From NCBI GenBank assembly GCA_030141605.1, contig JAQGDQ010000058.1, positions 710,809-774,808 of the forward strand: DNA of 64,000 nt, read 5' to 3'. Numbering within the stretch: the stretch's first letter is position 1; each line of letters begins with the position of its first letter. Made by a program: the position numbers and the translations under genes. This stretch comes from Tubiluchus corallicola (taxonomy: Eukaryota > Animalia > Priapulida). Below are positions 55,801 through 64,000 of the stretch, piece after piece. Under the pieces are notes generated by a model. The model searched no databases. It saw only the letters and a list, made by a program, of their open reading frames with translations, and was not told where the DNA came from.

Positions 55801-58678
55801 AGTACCAAGAAATTTTTTGTTCTCACAGAAGCAAAAAGTATTATACATTTTTCCACTTTTTAAAACTGACACTGTATGCTTTCAAATAAAAAATAGTATT
55901 TTGCACATCCAGCCTATTACCATACTGATGTTTTGGGTAAGGGCTACTTGAAAACTGCTGACTATGGATGCCTAGGCAAAATGAAAATAGATTTAAAATT
56001 TTCTATATACAATCTAACTTCTCAAAGCATGATCAGTTAAGAATAGCTAATGTGACAAAAAAATGAAGAAAATACATTCATGTATAAAAACAAATATGCT
56101 ACAACGCTACTAACTTGATTCATATGTGTACAAAAAATGTTAAACCAACCTTTCGAAGAAGTACTTTACTCTGTTCTGTTCGCTGACCAAAATCATCGAG
56201 TTCTTGTTCCAATTCATCGTATGTACCATGGAACACGTTGGTAATGTTCTCTTTCAAGGTGAAACACTGTCTCTCCAACTGTTTTCGTTCTGCCAGCAGC
56301 TTCTCAATTTTCGTATGAAGGGTTCCATAATCATGCTCTTTCTGCTCGAGCTCTTCAAGTTTTTCTGCTATGGGCTGCAGTTTTGTTTGGATCTGTCTCA
56401 CCGAATCTTTAGAAACTGCCAATTTAGTTCTCTGTGTTTCTAGCGCCTCTTTAATCTACAATTAAAGTTTACATTTTATTTAAAAATGCAAAGCTGTGGG
56501 TGTTAAATTTAATTAACAGCCAAGTAGTCAGCACTGCAGTGACAATACAATATCAGTGATGATGCAACAAATGTAATCATTTTGTTTGCTTAGTTCTTTC
56601 ACAAAGATCATGTCTACATTTTTTTATATTTCCTCTGGAAGTCTTAGTAAGATACTAGTTCCTGATAAAACGACATTTATCCTGCCTGTAACTATAAGAA
56701 CCTAAAGTCCCTGAGGTTGGATATGTTCTACTGATAAGTTTTAACTTCAAAAATTAATCTGCAAAGTAATAAATAATGCACTAAAAGACAAAAAAGGCAA
56801 CATTAGCTACAGTCACAAGCTAGCTGTTGAAAAAGTTCTTCTGCGGCACATGGCAGCATCAAATTCATTCAATTTATTTTTTAGAACAATTCTTAATATT
56901 AAAAAGTAATAAGTTCCACTGCAATGCTGCTAATTTACTCATAAAACTGCTCTAACATGCCATGTTATGTCTCTATTATGTCTGAAACATATTAAATTAC
57001 TCTATTCCTACCATGTATTTTGAAATACGATGACACAAACTACTAGAAACACTTTGCACTGTGCAAAAAATGTTCTTTCACTTCTGCTAATATATTGATA
57101 ATTCAAATGCACTTTTGTGGTGAAACAAAATACAGGTGGAACCTACAGGTGTAATTTATATTTTTCAGAGCAGGAATCACAATTCTTAATTTTATTAGCA
57201 AGATTTGCATTTGCCAATTGTCGGCTTTGTTAGCTGAACTTACTTGTTCTACTTTGATTTTGTTATCTTTTAAAAAGTTAATGACGTTATGGCTCATCTT
57301 AAGATCGTGATTCTGTTCCTGGCGTATTTTCCGAATGGATTCCAGTGCCAGGATGTACCTCTTTGCAGCAAAAATCTCGTCAAACTTTTCCTTAAGTGCT
57401 TTGCCTTCCGATAATGGCCTGCAAAATCACATTCTCATTGTCATAAATTGTGTAGTCAGTGGCTTAAACATTACACATGGAAAAAAATGTCTCAATCAAA
57501 GATGCAAAAGTAACTTTCTTTGCATATAGAACTTACCAATTTGAGTCCTCCTGGTGACAGAATATGACATTATTTAGAATGGATTTTGAGACGCCAAGAG
57601 CTTCCACCATTTCTCTGTCTAGTTCAGCACATTTTGAATTTATATGAACTTTCTCACCATTTTTGTCTGTACGAACAATTGTACCATCAAGTGAGCGTGT
57701 GGTAACCTGTTTTACCTGCAAGATATAAAAGTTACTGTAAATATTGACAATCTGGTTTGATTTTTTCTAAAAAGTAATGGGAATAAGTGAGGCATACATT
57801 CTCACTTTAAAAGGGAATGAGGGACTCTCATCAAAGATTTCTCTTATCCAAGACAAAAGGAAGTAATTTCTTCGGGTAGTAGAACAAACTGTGCTCTGCA
57901 CAAAATTCTGTAATCTATTTATCACAGTAATGACGCAAACCTTTTGCTGGGCAACAAAAGAACGCGTGACGGTCATCAGCCGACCAGTAATGTCCAGCAA
58001 CATTAGCTTTATTTGAGCTTTCACTTCCGTTTCTTGTGCAAATTTCGGATCGTGAATAAACATTCCACCTCTACCAGCTCCTGGGGGCATGTCTCCCGTA
58101 GTCACATACTTCAGACTTTCGATAATGGTCTAAAAACAAGAAAATTGTAAGCAGACAACCATTACTGCAGTCAGGATAGTAAGAAAGCAAATTTCATATC
58201 CCATCATTTTCCACTGCTTTTGCATAAAACTGTTCTTGCATAGTGATATCAATAGTCAATTCAACTGTAGATTCTATTCTGATTAGTAACTATTTTTTAT
58301 GCATCCATTGCAATTAACCATTGATGTACACCTACAAGCGCACTGATACAATTATTTGAACAGCACTAGATGCGACAACTCGATTGGCCTCTTGGAAAAG
58401 CTATTTTATGCAAGTTTTAACAAAAGTTTTCTCACTTCAATAACAGGTTGTTTTCTCACAATAAACAACAAAAAACAATAGGCTCAATAAAGCGTAGAAG
58501 TTGCAGAAACAACAGTAATTCTGAAACAAAAACAAAAACAGTTACTCACAGTTTTCCCTGAACCATTCGTACCAAGAATTAGAGTTAATGGAGAAAAGAA
58601 CTGAATGGTCTGCACATCACTTTTGTCCGGGCCAAAACTGCGAATGCCCTGTATGCTCATTTTTAAGATCGAAGACAT
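37812..58678 (-). CDS. RAD50: DNA repair protein RAD50, about 25 exons; the 3'-terminal exon is unresolved
   Basis: N-terminus [16 protein letters not shown], Walker [10 protein letters not shown]-loop [11 protein letters not shown], long coiled-coil exons, zinc hook CPLC (~48830), signature [10 protein letters not shown], Walker B/D-loop [10 protein letters not shown]-loop IITHD (~37890). GT-AG boundaries at the exons I checked. Confidence 0.97.
42093..42770. mobile_element. Tigger/MER2-like MITE in a RAD50 intron
   Basis: TIRs CAGCGTTCTCTCGCTACTTCGCGG / CAGTGTTCCCTCACTTATCGCGG; CpG-rich subterminal repeats. Confidence 0.75.
44214..44809 (+). mobile_element. pogo/Tc2-type derivative, copy D (RAD50 intron)
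   Basis: 596 bp, both TIRs, TA flanks; nearly identical to 47149-47744. Confidence 0.92.
47149..47744 (+). mobile_element. pogo/Tc2-type derivative, copy E (RAD50 intron)
   Basis: 596 bp, same deletion junction as copy D, only scattered substitutions. Confidence 0.92.
48131..48613 (+). mobile_element. pogo/Tc2-type derivative, copy F (RAD50 intron)
   Basis: TIRs with TA flanks; unique junction aaatgtc-aaa-agaggacaatgcc. Confidence 0.92.
49050..49930. mobile_element. Helentron/HINE-like (Helitron-related) non-autonomous element in a RAD50 intron
   Basis: Perfect hairpin AAGATTTTGC-CATA-GCAAAATCTT (49052-49075) followed by an (ATT)n tract and a GC-richer body with repeated GCTAGGG motifs; far boundary approximate. 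Confidence 0.55.
55267..55338 (+). pseudogene. tRNA-derived sequence (pseudo-tRNA or SINE head)
   Basis: Perfect T-arm/B box CCTGG-TTCAAAT-CCAGG and an A-box-like AGTGGCCTAAAG; D arm and anticodon arm are not canonical. Confidence 0.55.
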
Positions 58679-58819
58679 TTTAGTAGAGCATCTGTTGTTC
58701 AGGAGCTCACACTTGTAGTTGTTTTACTGAAAGTTGAAAAATTTCGAAATCTAAAAGGATAGTTGTAAAAGCTTTACTTCATCAATAAATTTATAGATGT
58801 AGGAAAAACAGTAGTTCAC

Positions 58820-59480
58820 ATACACAGGTTTAGGGAATGTGTCCCAGTAATTTAAAGATTAAAGCCCACGGTTTTCTGGTAATATCATCAATTGGATTGA
58901 AGACTGGTTTCTTGAAAGAAACAGTGTGTTGTAGAAAAGTTGGTGACAAGTGGTGCTCCACAAGACCGAAGCTCGGACAGGTGTTGTTCACAATTTTCAT
59001 TAATGATATTGATAAAGAGGTTTACACTCGCATTCTAAATTAGCATATAGTGTAACAAAATAATGCAGTCCAATTAATTCTGTAGTATGCAGGCGGTGAG
59101 TGGCAGATATTATTTAATGTTGGTAAATGTGAGGTGATGCATTGCAGAATTGGGAATCTTAAAAGAGATTATGTTATAAATGGAACAACTCTTCATGCAT
59201 AGTACAAACAGTAAAAATTATCTTGGTGTGATAACAACATCAGACTTGAAATATTCCCACCAGTATGTTGCTATCTATTAAAAAAGCAAATAAGATTTTA
59301 GAGATGATAAAAAAGCACATTGTTTCTACAGATAAAGAGATTATACATTAGTCTGGTTAGACCTCATCTAGAATAATGTGTGCTGCTTTGCAATCCTCAT
59401 TAGCAGAAAAGATGTATTGTTTGTGGAATGCAAAGGTGTGTTACAAGAATAGCATTTGGTTGTAAAGATCTCCCATATTT
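58820..59480 (+). mobile_element. Degenerate CR1-type LINE reverse transcriptase fragment
   Basis: Frame-broken peptides LGQVLFTIFINDID, FNVGKCEVMH, LGVI..SDLK, KANKIL..IK, LVRPHLE. Confidence 0.85.
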
Positions 59481-59760
59481 AGTTTAGTTTATCATACAAT
59501 CATAAAGATTGAACATTTACAAATTACAAGGAATGTTGTAACAAAATATACAATTAAAGAAATTATAACAATTGTTAGCATTTTATTTAAATGCTATTTA
59601 AAATTATGAGATTGAGATCGGAACCAATCAAGACTGAGAAGAAGACTGAGAAGCACCTAAGAAATTGGTCCAAAAATAACACAGAGCCCTGCATATATCA
59701 TAATAGCATTAAAGCACGTAATATGCGATCTATTAGAGTAGAAAAGCCGTAATATTTGGA

Positions 59761-60186
59761 TCGTATTTTCCCATGTATAAGAGACCCCTTCAATTTTTAG
59801 GCAAAAATTCTGGAAAAAAGTTTTTTGGTAATGAATAACTTTATTCATCATAGAAATCATTAAATTCCTCATCACTCTCATCAAAAATATCAACTGGAGT
59901 CAGACCTTCAGCAATTCCAGCCAGTTCATCATCAGAGGAGTCACTCTGCTCAAAAATGGCATTGTCCTCTGTGCCGTCCATGGCATTGGAGATGCCACAC
60001 TTCTTGAAAGATTTAATAATGACCTCTGGCTTTACACCATTCCATGCCTTGAGGACCCAGCTGCACAATTAGTGTCACAATTTATGCATCTTATTGAAAA
60101 GACTTACTCCCATGTATAAGAGACCCCCTATTTTTAAAGTGAAAATTCTGAGCAAAAAAGGGTCTCTTAAACATGGGAAAATACGG
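59761..60186 (-). mobile_element. pogo/Tc2-type derivative, copy G
   Basis: Reverse-strand copy carrying the same transposase C-terminal peptide as copy A; the right end has only one of the two subterminal GGGTCTCTTATACA repeats. Confidence 0.9.
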
Positions 60187-60571
60187 TAAATTAATCACTT
60201 ATTTTGCCAACTTTATTACTAGATTACATATTAGTTACTGACACGAATGCGTAAAATAATATAAAAGTATAACAACATTAATATAATAATATATTAAGCT
60301 TATTACATTTCACATGTGCTTTGGTACATGACATGTAATACAATTTCATGACATTCAAGGCTACCGTGAAATTTTCTTACTAGGCTTAACTGCAAATGCA
60401 AAATGCTCATTCAGCTTCGCTTTCACTAGTTGGCGAGATTGTTTGTGTAATAATTATAGAGATTTGCAAATATCTAGTTTGACAGAAACTGCCACTTTGC
60501 CACCAACTAGCCAGATGTAGTGATCCCAAATGACTCTTCACTGGTTTTCATCCCATACTATTAATTAAATA

Positions 60572-61342
60572 CAGTATAATCCAGTTATAACGAGTTTCAA
60601 GGGACCACGAAAATTTGCTCGCTATAACGGAATATCATTATAGCCTAAGTCAATAGTCCGGGTACATGCATGAAATGAAGCTTATAAGGTGGATATGATG
60701 TAGCGATGAGAAAAGTACCTTCCTTTGAGATAGGCACAAGTTTCTTAACGAGTGCCACTGTTCAGCAACTATTTGATCACAAAAATATTAAACTTATGTT
60801 GTATAACCTCTATTATAATAAGGTTAAGGTGGTGTTTTATGTAAAGAAATCGCTGTGCAAGTTGCTTAAATTCTTAGTTACCACTGTTGTAATTCATTGA
60901 AACGGCTACTGATAGCTGCGTGTGTTTTTCGTGGGTGTTACAGTACAATCATTTGACTACGTGGCAAGACTCTGGATACCTGCATGCATGAGTGGAAAAC
61001 ACGGCTGGTTTCTATGCAAGGATACCTATTTGTAGCTGTACAAGGCCTGCAGGCACAGTACCATTTAGTGCATTTCAGCATGGGCCTATGTCAGTTAATA
61101 GCTAAGTTTGCCTTTTTTGTTCTTGATAATTGGTGCACATTTCCCCATTGTTTTGTACTCGCACTCGTTATATGCAGGGTAAATACAATTACCGGTAGGA
61201 AAAATTCCCTCGTAATAAGCAAGATCTCATAATATCAGGGCTTGCTGCAGGGAAGGTCTAAACGCGTTATTTAAGCCTAAGATTTGATGGGACTTTGAAA
61301 TTCGCTCGTAATAACAGGTTTCGTCATAAGTGCATTATACTA
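60572..61342. mobile_element. Tigger-like MITE
   Basis: Left end TA|CAGTATAATCCAGTTATAACGAG with an inverted counterpart ...CGTCATAAGTGCATTATACTA; repeated CTCGTTATA motifs. Confidence 0.7.
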
Positions 61343-61952
61343 TATAATGGAGTACAAAGCCCGAATATCCAAACTGGGTATAACTAGGGTATAACTTCTA
61401 ATTGTTATGGAAACTTGGGGGGATATAATGTTAAAATTGTTTGTCAGTGCTATCATTTATACTATAGTTGTCTGGATTCTCGCTAAAGCAGTATCTCGGC
61501 AAGATCAAGACTGGTACTAGTCTTGTTGCAAACATTCATTATAACAACACTAAAATTTAGAAAGACTATATTTAGAAAGATTGAATGGCAAAATGGCACA
61601 GTACTAGCATTAAGAACACACAGAAAAGATTTTGTTTCTTCCCATATCATTTACAGCAACAATGCTAGTTCAATATAAATAATTACAATAATACAGCAGG
61701 ACAGGGAGGGAGAAAGGGGCATCTTGTTTCTTGTACTTTCATACGAATGGCAGGTTTAATGAAAATAAATCCAATTTAGGGAAAGGTAATGCCGCAGGGT
61801 AACAAAAAAATAATACATAAATCTAAGCAAAAGAATACAACTTGGGGGACAGCAAACGTGTTAAGCAAAATAATAAACCATTACTATAAACTCAGACTAA
61901 AATGAGTGAATGACGAGCGATGCTTGCAAATAAAATAACAATGGCAAATATA

Positions 61953-62480
61953 CAGTGGACTCTCGTTACAAGAATCACACGTATAAGAATCAGCTCGATA
62001 TAAGAATCAAAATCGCGTTTCCCGAATTGAATCGGCATTTTCCTAGTGAAAATCTGCTCGTATAAGAATCACCCTTCTTTCGATAGTAGAATCAATTTTG
62101 GCGCCAACTCCATTGTCTCTCACGCCCTGCTTACATGGTTCTGAGCAGTGGGCGTAGATGTAGAGTTTTCTGTCGTCTCCAGCACAATTTCGGAAAAAAA
62201 ATTATGTGCATTAAAAAAATTTTAAGACAATTCTGGCATCATGAAATATTTACCCAACCATGAAATAAAAACATTAGTCTAGGAATTTTTAGGTCCTTTT
62301 TAGGCCAGAAAAACATTATGCTGTTTCATGTCGTTTCTAGCGTAATTTCGGGAAATAAATAATTTTTATGTGCATAAAAAAATTTGAAAGCAATTCTGGG
62401 TCATGCTCGTTATAAGAATCGCTTGTTATAAGAATCACTTTGCCTTCTCCCGAGGTGATTCTTATAACGAGAGTCCACTG
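61953..62480. mobile_element. Young Tigger-like MITE
   Basis: Near-perfect 26-bp TIR CAGTGGACTCTCGTTA(C/T)AAGAATCAC, TA flanks, multiple internal TATAAGAATCA repeats. Confidence 0.88.
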
Positions 62481-62759
62481 TATATCAGTATATCAGTGTT
62501 TACAATCAAACAGAAACATTTTTTGATGACAACAACAAAAAATTGATAAGCAAGAAAGCAAAACATTAGCTTGAACTAAAAAAATGAACGATGAGTAATT
62601 GCAAACAAAATAATAAAGGTAAATAATAAACAGACAAAATGTGTGTATATATGTCATTGGCTTAAGTTGAAGGAAATGAAAGATCATATGGCAAATAGAA
62701 TTATAATGGGGAGGTAGTAGTCCATCAATGTTGTCAAGCAAAATATTTTTGATGATGTT

Positions 62760-62760
62760 C

Positions 62761-62793
<33 letters not shown>
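62760..62793. repeat. (CAA)n microsatellite
   Basis: About 11 perfect CAA units. Confidence 0.95.
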
Positions 62794-62794
<1 letters not shown>

Positions 62795-64000
62795 CAATTT
62801 TGTTTATTTATTATATGTTTTATGAAAGAAATGGGGAATGAACTGAAAAATATTTTGGTAATTAGGACTATTGTGAATAGTAGTTAAAACGGGGTCTCAC
62901 TATGAGCAACCTTGAATAAGATTAGTGAGCAAAGTTAAAACTGGGAGTCATAAAGAAAAAATAAGCATGAAAAACATTAATTTATAAGGAGATCATATGC
63001 CTTATAAACTAGCCGGTCTGCTTGCTAATCTTTCAAATTAACTACTACATACATTTAGTAAGACTTGGGGTATCTTCTAGAAGCAGAATATAAGCTACCT
63101 TCAAAGGCAGCGCTCAGCAATGATTTCTATGATTTTACTTCACGTGACTGTAAACTATTAAGACCATATGTTGGCTAAGAAATCTCTCCACAAAATGTCG
63201 TCCACTAAAAGCAACTCTGCAGATTTTACTGAAGAGTTGCAGGAGAGAAAAAACTTTGCCTGAAAATCTCTTTAATTTAATTGTTGATTTAAAATCAATA
63301 ACGATTCAGTTAATTATGTGTAAAAGACATTGCGAGAGTAGTGAACGAATGGAATAATTTATGCTGATTGATGCACCAACCTTACCAAAGTCGAAATCTT
63401 TAGTTATGATCACTTTGTGGAAAGTACCTGTACCATGGAGTTTCTATATGAGTATCCATCCAGTATATTCGCATTACCACAAATGACATATAACATATTG
63501 GTCTATTGCTCTGCCTCTGCTGTGACGTAAGCACGCTCAGCAGCATTTGGGACAACAGCTCAAGCTGGACAACAACTTTCAGAACTAAGCTAAACTAAAC
63601 TAAACAACATGACAGTCACAAGAAATTTCTAATCAGCAGATAAACTGATTGTATATTTTCATAAACACAAATTTGCAGAGCAGCAGCTATTTTTACATGA
63701 AATTAACACTTCAAGTAGCCAAAAAATGACTTTTCAATTTAAACAAAATGTAGAGAAGAAGTTTCAAGGCACTATAAAATATAATAAATGTATAAGTATA
63801 ATAAATAAACTAAGCCAGTTAGCCTTGCTTTACAATAAATAAGCAACAAAAATATTAAGTCTATCTTTCCCTTGAACATACGAACATCATGCTTGCAAAG
63901 TATTTTTTCTCCATTAATTGATCTCGCCCTCGTCTGCAAGGTTTCTTAAATTTTTGTATTTTTCCATTTGTTAGGCTACAGAAATGGAATAAATTTGATT

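Noticed and set aside
62493-62795. Poly-Leu signal-peptide-like ORF
   Set aside because: Reverse translation of the (CAA)n repeat plus AT-rich sequence.
63557-63589. In-frame TGA after CCPA as selenocysteine
   Set aside because: The frame assignment is uncertain and I could not identify a SECIS element or selenoprotein homology.

Overview
This is AT-rich, intron-rich eukaryotic (invertebrate-like) genomic DNA, not prokaryotic. I can support four genes. (1) A 10-exon SLC22 organic-ion transporter (+, 1459-10468, 558 aa by my splice model). (2) A PCBP/mub-type triple-KH RNA-binding protein (-, 11 coding exons, 26958-13140, 478 aa). (3) An intronless Fax/metaxin-like GST-fold gene nested antisense in the last PCBP intron (+, 14530-15438). 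(4) RAD50 (-, about 25 exons, 58678 to ~37812, final exon unresolved). A multiply disrupted class-A GPCR pseudogene lies between PCBP and RAD50. The non-coding space is dense with DNA-transposon derivatives, a CR1 LINE relic, tRNA-derived SINE heads and simple repeats. The most informative signal is a young pogo/Tc2-type family: seven near-identical copies in five different internal-deletion architectures, which together allow partial reconstruction of the parent element. I found no clear wholly new biological system; the findings are hypotheses of moderate interest. All exon coordinates were read by eye.
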